From Felis catus (Eukaryota): DNA of 64,000 nt. The notes beneath the pieces are model-generated. The model was not told where the DNA came from, did not search any database, and saw only the letters and a program-made list of their open reading frames with translations. The stretch covers positions 111,292,001 through 111,356,000 of the forward strand of contig NC_058368.1 of NCBI RefSeq assembly GCF_018350175.1. Direction: 5' to 3'. Shown here piece after piece: positions 1-11,237 of this stretch (position 1 is the first letter of the stretch; every line of letters starts with the position of its first letter). A program made the translations under genes and the position numbers.

Positions 1-230
1 TATTTCATTACTTTCTGTTTAGGGAGGATTTCACCTGCTTCCTAATTTTGACTATGAGTTTGACTCATTCTGGTTTCATTGCAGGGGACCCACTAGATAG
101 CCTCACCCTCTGGAGCCTCAGGTGCGAATCGGCCACAAGGCCTCCTCAGCAAGCGTTGACGGATGATTCGATTCCTTCGTTCTTTTACTCATTCACTTTA
201 TCTTTATGATTAACAGCTGCATACCAAATG

Positions 231-481
231 CAGGGCTGCGTTATGACTTTTGTATGCCCTACACACTTTTCTTTCATGGGCTCCTTCCTCCATACAGGCA
301 TTATTAAATCGTATTTTAGGACTGTGTTAGCAAAGGATGACTATAATCCAGGTCAGATTATTATATATTAATTATTATGCTTTTCTTCTGACTTTAAAAT
401 AAATTAAAATTAAAACATTTTCTCAGGCTCCTAATACTATTGTGGACCTCAACACTGCTTTAAGGCTTTAAGCGGGCCCCG
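231..481. mobile_element. Degenerate non-autonomous hAT-type DNA transposon relic (MER96B-like)
   Basis: Begins cagggctgcgtta and ends taagcgggccccg (imperfect terminal inverted repeats) around an AT-rich core; family name from recall only. Confidence 0.45.
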
Positions 482-809
482 CTGAGCGCTCACATTGTTC
501 CAGGAGTTGCAGTTGCGAACAATATACAATGCTGGAGCCTACATTCTAGCTGGTGAGAAACAGACATAAACAAAGTAAGTACATTTATCTTGCGAATCGG
601 TTACAAGTGTTAAGAAAAAACAAAAAGGAGAACGTTACGGAGTGTTGAGAAGGGTGGCAATTTAAACAGAATGGACAGGACAAGCATCACTAGGCAAGCC
701 TTGAAGGAAGATGTGAACAAGGCCTGGAACACGACAGGTATATACTTGGGGAAAAAAGACCATTAAGGAGAAAGTCTCAGCCACAAAAACAAAACCTAAA
801 AGCAACTCT

Positions 810-1550
810 CCCCAAAGCGTCGCTCCTCGAGTTACGTATTTCCGTAATCTATTAGCGAGGTCGCAGAAGGTCATTGGAAACAAGTGCCTGCCGCAGCAAC
901 CTCCATTTTGCTTTTGGGCACAAGCCTAAGCTACGTATGGGCCTCATCTGTATTCCTTTACCGCTCGTTAGTTTGGGGGTTCGCTTTTCTTCATGTCCTC
1001 GTGAAGAGCAGAGAACCCTGTCGACGGAGGAGAGGAACATTGGTAGTTAAAACAGGCAGGAGGAACCAGGGCGGCCCACTCTGCCCTCATTCAAAATGGT
1101 GGCGCGAGACTCGCGCTTTGTCCGGTCGGGCGGCGCGCATGCTTAGCCAGCCTCTCCGGCTTGGCGTTCTGGAGGGGCGGGCCTACGGCGGGGGAGGCGG
1201 GGGGCTCGCGCCCTGCGGCCTGGCCTGAAGTCATCTGCGCTGCCTCTGCTACCTGCAGCACCACCTTCATCCTTCCCTACCTATGGAGGGGAAGATGGAG
1301 CCTGTGACCGTAGCGACAGATAGCGGGGACCGGCCGGGGGCTCCAGCGGGCTCAGGCCTGTCGGCTTCCCAGCGTCGGGCCGAGCTGCGGCGGAGGAAGC
1401 TGCTTATGAACTCGGAACAGCGCATCAACCGGATCATGGGCTTTCACAGGCCCGGGAGTGGCGCAGGTGAGAACCTCCCATCTCCCTTCAGCTCCCGCCC
1501 ACCTCTTTGAGTCTTGAGGATCGTTCTTGCTTTCTCTCCAACGCCCCGCT
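810..1550 (+). promoter_or_regulatory. CpG-island promoter of CAMLG
   Basis: CpG/GC-rich stretch spanning exon 1; GC boxes (ggggcggg ~1174), NRF1-like gcgcgcatgc ~1133, YY1-like caaaatgg ~1092; no TATA box evident. Confidence 0.8.
1295..1466 (+). CDS. CAMLG: CAMLG (calcium-modulating cyclophilin ligand, GET2 counterpart) coding exon 1
   Basis: [57 protein letters not shown] matches the CAML N-terminus; strong Kozak aagATGG; donor CAG|gtgaga; 172 nt, phase 1; in-frame ATG also at 1283. Confidence 0.96.
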
Positions 1551-3151
1551 GATCTTTTTGACAAAGCTCTGCTCTCTGACCTCCCCTCTGTCCCTGCTTT
1601 TTAGGTGATGTCTCAAGTTCTCACTTCTTAATCTCTGGACGTTTCTAGTACCTGTCTTCAGTTTTCCGTAGGTTTCGCTCTCAGATTTTCCCTGTTCCCG
1701 CCCCAGGTTGTGAAACCTTGGCTCCTGAGCCCAATGGCATGGTGCCCTCTGCCCAGTTATGCTAGACAGCCCCTTGTTCCCCTTCTTTCCCCACGCCCTC
1801 CCCTCTTTTGAAGGGCGCACATTTTCCGCCCCGGTTACATTGCTCTCTTGTGCCCTTCAGGAAGAATACTTGGCTTTCTTTCCGTTCCAGATGCTTTCCC
1901 TTCTAGTGCCTTCCCTAGTATCTATCTTCCTTCTTTTGCTTTTCGCTGTTACTCTGTCGGCACAGGGGAGCTTGTGCTTACTGAACTGCCCCCCTAGTCC
2001 TTCCTACGTGGATCTAGGACCCTTACGGTCTTATCGTAGTGTCTGTGTTCAGTGCCCTCAACACTGTCATCTGCAGGCTTTCAACAACAGGAGAATAAAT
2101 TTGGAGCGACCATTCTTTGTACCCTAACAAGTGGGCCGTGCCCACCAGAGGTCTTCTCTTTTAGTGTGCTGAGATTGATGTCAGGAACTGCATTTAACCC
2201 TAAAGAGAGTTCCTCATTTCTCCCCCAATGCATGTACAATGAGTTCCTAAAAAATTTTTTTCATGTGATTATTTATGGAACACTTAATATGAGCTAGTGC
2301 TCTCTAAGTTTCCATTCAGTGCCTGTAGTAATTGACGCTTAGTCACTGTTCGCAAGCTACTTAAATCTTTGTGATTTCTGCGGGGCTTTAGATGGACAGC
2401 TCTGAACTTTTAGATAGTTCACAGGTTTGCAGCCAGAACTACTAGGAAAGGTAAGAAGCGCTTTTTCAAATTCATCTAGAACAGCAGCTAGAAAACACAT
2501 TTCTCCCTTTAATAATTAAAAGCAGGGTATTTATTCTTTCCCAAGACATGTATTTGTTATCCTTCTCGAGGTACATTCTGTATTTTGTTCTTTTGCTTTG
2601 AACATTCTGTCACTAAAGGCTTTATTTTGTATTTAAACCCGAAAAGCATCCTAAAACTGCTTAAGTACCTACTAATGGCTCCAGCACTACAGTGGGAGGA
2701 TTACGTAAACAGTAGCTGTAGGATATGCCACACCCTATGCTGACAGGACTCTGGATTCAGAATTGTAATATTAAAATACAGGTTTTAAAGAGCTTTAATC
2801 ATTTTATATTTTTAACCAGATAGGCTAGAGCAGGCAGTGCAGTCATACTTCTGGGATATATTATCCATGAAAACCTGGTCTTTTTGGCTTGCTCCATCCA
2901 TGACCATCTTTCCCAATTTGTCTACTAGTCTTCTACTCCCCAAATTTGGATTATGTCCTTTGCAGGAAAACTCTTCTGGAGTGATGTATTTTGAGCGTGT
3001 AGAGGAAGGAACTAGTTTATTTTTTCGTGCGGAACCAGTATTTAGATTCAGAGACTGCAGAGTTCTACCAGTAGCAGCATATTTTTTAATCTTAACGTGA
3101 AAAGTGTTTGCCAGTATACACTACATAAGGCTTCTAAATTTCTCTTCTCAG

Positions 3152-3609
3152 AAGAAGAAGGTCAAACAAAATCAAAGCAGGACAGTGACAAACTGAACTC
3201 TCTCACCATCCCTTCAGTTTCAAAGCGAGTAGTGCTGGGCGATTCGGTTGGTACAGGAACTACTGACCAGCAAAGTGATGTGGCCGAGGTAAAGGGGACT
3301 CAGCTGGGAGACAGATTGGACTCTTTCATTAAACCACCTGAGTGCAGTAATGATGTAAACCTTGAGCTCCGGCAGCGGAACAGAGGGGACCTGACAGCAG
3401 ACACTGTCCAGAGGGGTTCTCGCCATGGCCTCGAACAGTATCTCTCCAGATTTGAAGAAGCAATGAAGCTACGGAAACAGCTGATTAGTGAGAAACCCAA
3501 TCAAGAAGATGGAAATACAGCAGAAGAATTTGACTCTTTTCGAATATTTAGATTGGTGGGATGTGCTCTTCTTGCCTTTGGAGTCAGAGCTTTTGTTTGC
3601 AAGTACTTG
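3152..3609 (+). CDS. CAMLG: CAMLG coding exon 2
   Basis: Acceptor ttctcag|; [18 protein letters not shown]...[24 protein letters not shown]; donor TTG|gtaaga; 458 nt. Confidence 0.96.
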
Positions 3610-3784
3610 GTAAGAAACATAATGGAAAATGCAAATTGGTTATGTGATGAGGACTATTAATCTGTGGGACTGATTGCCAATATTACTGTTTACCAGATTC
3701 ATGTGGCTGTTTGGGGATATAGTATAAACTGCTGTTCACCTAGATATAGATGAAATGTCCTGGTTAAATACAGAGCCCAGTAAT

Positions 3785-3995
3785 AATTGCTTAACTCTTT
3801 CTGTATTCTAGGCAGCATTCTAAGTGCTTTACATGTATTAATTCATTTAACCTCATCCTCCTGAACTAGGTATCATTGGACTCTGTGTTTTATAGATGAA
3901 GGAATGAAGCCTCAGGGGTTAAGTCATTTGCCCAAGGTCACATCGCTAAGTGACAGCTGGGCAGTTGCTTTCCAAAGCCAAAGGGTAAAGTATCT
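3785..3995. mobile_element. MIR SINE relic
   Basis: ttttatagatgaaggaatgaagcctcaggggttaagtcatttgcccaaggtcaca resembles the MIR core. Confidence 0.7.
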
Positions 3996-5010
3996 ACGTG
4001 TACTATAGATTAATTACCACTTTTCAAATAATTTGAAACCTTAAAATGCAGTTGCTGTGGTCCTGAACAGGAGCTTTAATTTAATATAATCCTGAACCAC
4101 ATAATTTTCCTGTCGTTCAGAAAGCACCTCAGCATTTTATAATGTGGTAGTATCATCATAATGGCAGTTCGTCTTTATTTTACCAGAACGTGCCGGGAGA
4201 ATTGAAGAAAGCCATAGCTCATAGTTTAGTGTCTTGCTCTTCGAAGTATTTCCATTCACTAGACATTTAAAGAATATCTACCAGGTACCAGGTACATAAG
4301 CAAATTTTTCAGATTATGAAAGTTTAGGTTACTCGGCAAAAACCTTTCTTAAAATCAGTTTTATGCATTTTTTCTTAAGTGAGAATCTGTTGTACAGACT
4401 TTTTTCTGATGTTAAATTGTCCTAGCTTTCAGCATTTAGTGAGATGTGTAGCTGCTTTCTCTTATTGAGAGGGCTCTGTGTTTTTATGATTTGAAAGTTA
4501 GGTCCTATTTTTATGCCTCATTTTTGTGTGAGGTTTTTTTGGTTTTCTGGGGTTTTTTTGCTATGAGATTTTCAGCTGCTCTTTCTAAGTACTTCCATCT
4601 GGTGATGTTTGTTTGCTTGTTCACTCCATAATATTTTTACGTTTAGGAATAAATGTAAATTAATTATTGTTTTGATCTTTCTGATTATATTGTGTGAGAA
4701 GCAAGAAAACCATGCCATTTTATCTATAACAAGAAAAGCTTGTCATTTGGATGTCAGACATAGAGTTAATAAGTCAACTTCTTGCCCCAGAGTCTGGGAA
4801 TGCATGTTATCTTTTGAGTACTGGGCCTTTATGTGTGCTTCGAAATTGTCAGTTAGTTACTTCTCGGTGAGAGAGATGTTACTGCATAATGTGTTACACA
4901 TCTATCACCATTGAATACTCTAAATCATTTAAAGAGTAAATTTTTGTGAGAGAAGACATTTTGGGGGACATCAAAATAATGTGACTTGAGAAGCATGTTT
5001 TTTAATAAGG

Positions 5011-5060
5011 ACTTAATTATAAGCTTAATTATAAACTTATTTATAAACTTAATTATAAGT
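5011..5060. repeat. 12-bp AT-rich tandem repeat x4
   Basis: cttaattataag cttaattataaa cttatttataaa cttaattataag. Confidence 0.85.
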
Positions 5061-5278
5061 TTTATAATAAGGAAATCTAGTCCCTTTAGTTTTTTCACCC
5101 TTCTGCAGAAACAAGACTGCTCTCAGCCACTAAAATTAAGTTGTTGTTGTTGTTTTTTTTTTTTTTTTTTTTGCCATGTTTTTGCTTGGAATTTTACAGC
5201 TGCTGTTAGTTTAGTTTGATTTGTTGTGATTTGAATGATAATGTTGGAAATACATAACTTTATCTTCTGTCTTCACAG

Positions 5279-5344
5279 TCCATATTTGCTCCGTTTCTTA
5301 CTTTACAACTTGCATACATGGGACTATACAAATACTTTCCTAAG
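5279..5344 (+). CDS. CAMLG: CAMLG coding exon 3
   Basis: Acceptor cttcacag|; [22 protein letters not shown] (transmembrane segment); donor AAG|gtaaat; 66 nt. Confidence 0.95.
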
Positions 5345-6024
5345 GTAAATTAAAATTTTTTCTAAATTGGGGTGATGTGTTTAGACCGATTAATGATTAG
5401 ATAATTCTAAGAGCTTAAAAAAAATTAGTCATACTCATGGTCTGAATCAGTGTTACTAAGAGTGTCATTGTCCCACCAATGCTGATCTTAAAACTTTCTT
5501 TTCTATTTATAATGAGTTAAGTTCAGGAGGGAGTGATTAGAAACTTGTTAGCAATTTGAAATTGCCATAACATTTTTATCATATTTTACAAATATGTCGA
5601 TCTACCATAGACTGGTGGAAAAACTTAACTACAGAATTTGAATAGTACTTGTCTGAGAAAGTATTGAGTTTAATTACTTAGTGAATGTAGTGATGCATTG
5701 TCTGTAATAAAGGAAATTAATTTTAAGAGGGGGCCATTTATCTTACTGTGCTCCTTTCTAGATGCTTAACTGCAGTGCTGTTTATCTTAATGTCAAGGGC
5801 CTGGTATTTTCAAGAAATATTTGGCCAAAACTGCATTACAGAATCATGTAGAGTGTTCATGTTTACCTAGTTGGCTTACTTACAAATGTATACACAGTTT
5901 TATGGGACTTGAGTGGTGGAGAAAATAACCTCACTTATGTGATTGAGTTTTGTATGAGTTTTTTACTGAAAAACAGGTACTTGGTCATTTGCTTAGTTAT
6001 TTGTTATTATTATTTATTATTTGT

Positions 6025-9000
6025 GTTTATTTTTTGAGAGAGAGAGAGGGAGACAGAGCATGAGTGGGGGGGGGGGGGGGGGGGGGGAGAGAGACACACA
6101 CACAGAATCCAAAGCAGACTCCAGGCTCTGAGCTGTCAGTACAGAGCCTGACTTGGGGCTGGAACTCAACGAAATGCGAGATCATGCCCTGAGCAGAAGT
6201 TGGTAGCTTAACCAACTGAGCCACTTAGGCACCCCCTCATGTGTATTTTGAATGGGGTTTGAAACATTTGTATTTATGAAGAGTCAAATAGGCCATATGT
6301 ATAAAGTAAGAGAGAGAAGAAAGAAATGTAATTTTATTTTAAAATTTATTTAGTTTTTTTGATTATATAGATGTATATTTATTGACCTCTCCCCCCCAAG
6401 AAAAGTAATTAAAGTGTCTGTTTAGAAATTAATTCTTTAAACACTGATTATAGTTTTACAATAGCAAAGTTTGGAAACAACGAAGATGTCTACTAATAAA
6501 TGACCTATTAGGGGCGCCTGGCTGGCTCTGTCAATAGAGTATATGACTCTTAATCTCTGGGCCGAGAGTTTGAGCCTCATGTTGGGTGTGGTGTCTACTT
6601 AAAATAAAAATGTTCTTTAAAAAAAAAAATTTTGGGGCGCCTGGGTGGCGCAGTCGGTTAAGCGTCCGACTTCAGCCAGGTCATGATCTCGCGGTCCGTG
6701 AGTTCGAGCCCCCCGTCGGGCTCTGGGCTGATAGCTCAGAGCCTGGAGCTTGTTTCCAATTCTGTGTCTCCCTCTCTCTCTGCCCCTCCCCCGTTCATGT
6801 TCTGTCTCTCTCTGTCCCAAAAATAAATAAACGTTGAAAAAAAAAATTTTTTTTTTAATGTTTATTTCTGAGAGACAGAACATGAGTGGGGGAGGGGCAG
6901 AGAGAGAGGGAGGCACAGAATCCCAAGCAGGCTCCAGGCTCTGAGTTGTCAGCACAGAGCCCGATGCGGGGCTTGAACTCACAAACTGTGAGATCATGAC
7001 CTGAGCTGAAGTCGGTCGCTCAACCGACTGAACCACCCAAGCACCCCAAAAATGTTTTAAATATTAAAAAAAAATAAAATGACTCACTAAATTATGGCAT
7101 ATCCATTCAGAATGATGAAGCTCTGATGTATAGATAATAGTAAGCTCGCCAAGAAATACTAAGAAGAAAACAAAATGCAGCATAGGATCTATAGTATATT
7201 GCTTTTTTCGTAAAAAGGAGAATAATATATATTTGATTTTGCTTGTGTATATGTGAAGAAACTGGAAGTTTTGTGATTTTTTTTTTTTTTTTTTTTTAAG
7301 ATTTTAGTTTTAAGTAATCTCTATACCCAACACAGGGCTCAAACCTACAACCCTGATAACAAGATTCGCACAATCTGAGCCAGCCAGGAATCCCATAAAC
7401 TCTGGAAAAATATTACATGAAACTATTAACAGCAGTTATTTGTGATAGGAATGTGTGGGGGTTACTAGGTAAATGGGGGAGAGAAAAGGAAGGAAGATTA
7501 CTGTATACTTTGTACTTTTCTCTCAACAAAACATTTTTTTATGGATGTGTCTTTTTTTTTTTTTTAAGTGTATTTATTTTGAGAGAGAGAGAGAAAGAGA
7601 ATCCCAAGCAGCTCCAAGCTGTCAGTGCAGAGCCCGACTCCAGGCTCGATCTCATAAACCATGAGATCCTAAAATCAAGAGTTGGACACTTAACCAACTG
7701 AACCACCCAGGTGCCCCTGTAACTTTTCTTTTTAAGATAAAAAACAATTTTTTTAAGTAATCTCCACACCTACATGGGGTTGAACTTACCACCCTGAGAT
7801 CTAGAGTCACATGCATTAGCAGCTGAGCCAGCCAGGTACCCCTTTGTTTCATTTTCTTTTCTTTCCCTCCCTCCCTCCCTCCCTTCCTTCTTTCTTTCTT
7901 TCTTTCTTTCCTTTTTTTTTTTTTTTTTTTACATGTTTATCACTTATTTTTGAGAGAGAGAGAGTGCATGTGAACAGAAGTGAGTGGGGGAAGGGCAGAG
8001 AGAGAGGGAGACAGAAAATCCCAAGCAAGCTCCATGCTGCCAGCACAGAGCCTGTCACAGGGCCAAAGCCACGAACCATGAGATCATGATGTGAGCTAAA
8101 ACCAAGAGCTTAACCAACTGAGCCACCCAGGCACCTTTTTTTTTTTTTTAGAGATTTTATTTTTAAGTAACCTCTACACCCAGCATGGGGCTTGAATTTA
8201 CAACCCCGAGATCCAGAATAACATGCTCTACCGACTGAGCCAGCCAGGTGCCCCTTGTAGGAACACTTAAGAAAAAATTCTTTTTTTAATGTTTATTTTT
8301 GAGAGAGACAGAGACAGAATGTCAGTGGTTTGGGGCAGAGAGAGAGGGAGACACAGAATCTGAAGCAGGTTCCGGGCTCTGAGCTGTCAGCACAGGGCCC
8401 AATGCCAGGCTTGAACTCACAAGCTGTGAGATCGTGACCTGAGCCAAAGTCAGATGCTCAACCGACTGAGCCATCCAGGCACCCCTGGAACAGTTTTTAA
8501 ACAGAAATGTTTAAAGAATTGTACAGTGAGCGCCCATTTCTACTTATTACCTAAATTCTACAAGTAACATTTTGTTATATTATCATGATTTATGCAGTTT
8601 ATCCATTTTCAGTCCATCTTTTTTTTTTCCTTGATGAGTTTCAAAGTATGTTGTAGATGTTGACATCAGTATGCTTTACCCCTACATGTTCTGGTCAGGT
8701 GTCATTAACTACAATTCAGTGGTTGTTTATGGTTATTCTTGTTTTCATTAAGGTAAAATTTTCACACAGTAAAATGCTCAAATCTTTAGTGAGTTTTGTC
8801 AGCCTGTGAGTCCCAAACCCTTTAAAGGTTTAGAACATGACTGTTAAGAATTTCCACTGTGTCCCTTTTCAGTCAGCTTTCAGCCCCTTACACCCGGAGG
8901 GTCTGATTGTTTTTTTCCCACCATAGATTAGTTTTTGCCTATTTTAGTACTTCTTTCTTTCCTTTTTTTTTAAGATTTCATTTATTAAAAAAAATTTTTT

Positions 9001-9865
9001 TTGTTTATTTATTTTGAGAGAGAGAGTGCGCACAAGTGGGGAAGGGGCAGAGAGAAGAGAGACAGAGAATCCCAAGCAGGCTCTGCCTCATCAGTGCAGA
9101 GCCTTTTGTGAGGCTCCAGCTTATGAAGTAGGAGATCATGACCTGCACTGAGATCAAGAGTCGGATGCTTAACCGAATGCTTAACACGACCCAGGTGCCC
9201 CTAAGTATTTTATTTTTGAGTAATCTCTATACCCAGCGTGGGGCTCAAACTCAAAACCCCGAGATCAAGAGCCAGCCCGCTGCTCCTGTTTTAGTATTTC
9301 ATATATGTGGAATCATTCTTGTACATACTTTTTTGTGCAAGGCTTCTTTTATCCTGCATAATTTTGAGTTTCATCCATGTTTTTGAGTGTATCAGGCCAT
9401 CCACACCCCCTTTTTTTTTCTTAGTAATATTCCATTGTATGACTGTGTGCATTTGTTGATCTCATCTCCTCTTGATGGTCATCTTGTTTCCAATTTTTGG
9501 TTATTATGTCTAAAGCAGCTGACATTTTCTGTGAATCCTTTTGTAGACATAGGCTCTATTTTCTCTTGGGTAACCTTTGCTTTTTATATTTAAAAAGTTT
9601 TTTTAATCATGTGACTGGGTTTGTTGATAACCAAATTGATAAATAAAAATTCAGCCTTGGGTCGCCTGGGTGGCTCAGTTGGTTAAGCATCCGACTTCGG
9701 CTCATGTCATGATATCATGGTTTGTGAGTTGGAGCCCTGCATTGGCCTTTGTGCTGACAGTGCAGAGCCTGGAGTCTGCTTCGAATTCTATGTCTCCCTC
9801 TCTCTCTGCTCCTCCCCTGACCTCTCTCTCTCTCTCTCACTCTCTCTCTCAAAAATTAAGATAAA
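6025..9865. mobile_element. Cluster of CAN-SINEs (SINEC, tRNA-derived) in both orientations in CAMLG intron 3, interleaved with old L1 fragments
   Basis: Repeated ggggcgcctgggtggc...gttcgagccc...(ct)n...aaaataaa and reverse complements, e.g. 6025-6235(-), 6634-6846(+), 6847-7047(-), ~8280-8484(-), ~9659-9865(+). Confidence 0.92.
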
Positions 9866-10634
9866 AAAAAAAAAAGATAATAGTACTCTTTAAAAAAAAA
9901 ATTCAGCCTTGAATCTAAAAATTAGATGAGAAAATTTTATCAGGGGATACATTTTCCATGATATCCTACTGCATGCGTAACAAGTGTGAATTCCTTTGCA
10001 AGGCAGATAGGGCTCTACAGAATGTTGTGATGATTCTGTCACGAATAACTCTGTCCTTTAGTATGGCTGTCACTCTTCAGGCTTTTGTTGTCGTGAGACT
10101 TACCTTACAATGAGATTTCTCCTCTCATTTTTATCCAGCTAAATCTTGCTCATTCTTGAAGGCCTGTTTTCAATTTCCAATTCCACTTCCTTTTGAAATA
10201 AGATCTTCACTGTGCTTTCTTTATGCATATAACCGTGGACTAATTTCTATCTTCTTTGAGCCACTATGCTATACATTATCCATGCCATTCATTTAGCAGT
10301 TATTTATGTCCTGTGTGGTAATGTTTTTCCTGTTTTTGTCTTGTGCGGTTGTATATATCTTAAATTGTTATTTTTGCCTTGCCTCTAAGGCTTTTTTTTT
10401 CACTTTTGATAGCATGAATGGTGTCTTTCCCATTATTGCCTAGCGATAGGCATTATATGCTTTACACATTATATGCTTAGTAAATGTTGGTTGATATATT
10501 ACTGATTGATGTATTGAAACTTCAGTAATAGTTTTGAATCATTTCGGCAAAAATAGCAGCACTGATCATGTATGTATAGAGCTTAAGTAGTCTTCTGAAA
10601 GCTGTAAGATTTATTTAAGTCTTTCTGTGTACAG

Positions 10635-10826
10635 GGTGAAAAGAAGATAAAGACAACAGTACTAACAGCTGCACTTCTATTATCTGGAATTCCTGCTGAA
10701 GTGATAAATCGATCGATGGATACCTATAGTAAAATGGGAGAAGTTTTCACAGATCTCTGTGTCTACTTTTTCACTTTTATCTTTTGTCATGAACTCCTCA
10801 ATTACTGGGGCTCTGAAGTACCATGA
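10635..10826 (+). CDS. CAMLG: CAMLG coding exon 4 (last)
   Basis: Acceptor gtgtacag|; [66 protein letters not shown] at 10824-10826; spliced CDS 888 nt in frame. Confidence 0.96.
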   Translation, partial: GEKKIKTTVLTAALLLSGIPAEVINRSMDTYSKMGEVFTDLCVYFFTFIFCHELLNYWGSEVP

Positions 10827-11231
10827 AGCTTGGAGAACACAGAAGGAGAAGCTTATAAAAAAGCAACTTCTCATCTATATTGCAGTGTCTCTAAAAGAGG
10901 CAAATCAGTTTACACCTTTATGTCATTCTTTGACTTTATAGGGTTGTAAAATCATTTGATTAGGAATGGAATGGCAGGTTCCCTGATTTAAAAGTGTTGA
11001 GTTTGTATTAATACTGATGTGAAGAATATACTACCATGGTCACTAATTGACTTTTCTTGTTTGATTAGAATCCCTAGTCTGTACCTTTCCCTAACTTCTA
11101 AGATTTGTAATTCCTCTTTTGGGAGCCGAGCTACTGCTTTTAGGAGAGCAGAGGCACACGGTCTCAGCCAGCCCCAAAGGCTGCGACTTGTATTTGTGTT
11201 GTTCTGTCCTGAGAAATGGAGCTGTCTTAAA

Positions 11232-11237
11232 AATAAA
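11232..11237 (+). terminator. Candidate CAMLG polyadenylation signal
   Basis: AATAAA ~400 nt downstream of the stop codon in non-repetitive 3' UTR-like sequence; usage not provable here. Confidence 0.55.

Noticed and set aside
6510..6610. tRNA-like ~90-nt elements (also ~12515, ~18998, ~19915, ~41295)
   Set aside because: Short tRNA-derived SINE heads with A-rich tails and many substitutions; no intact cloverleaf evident
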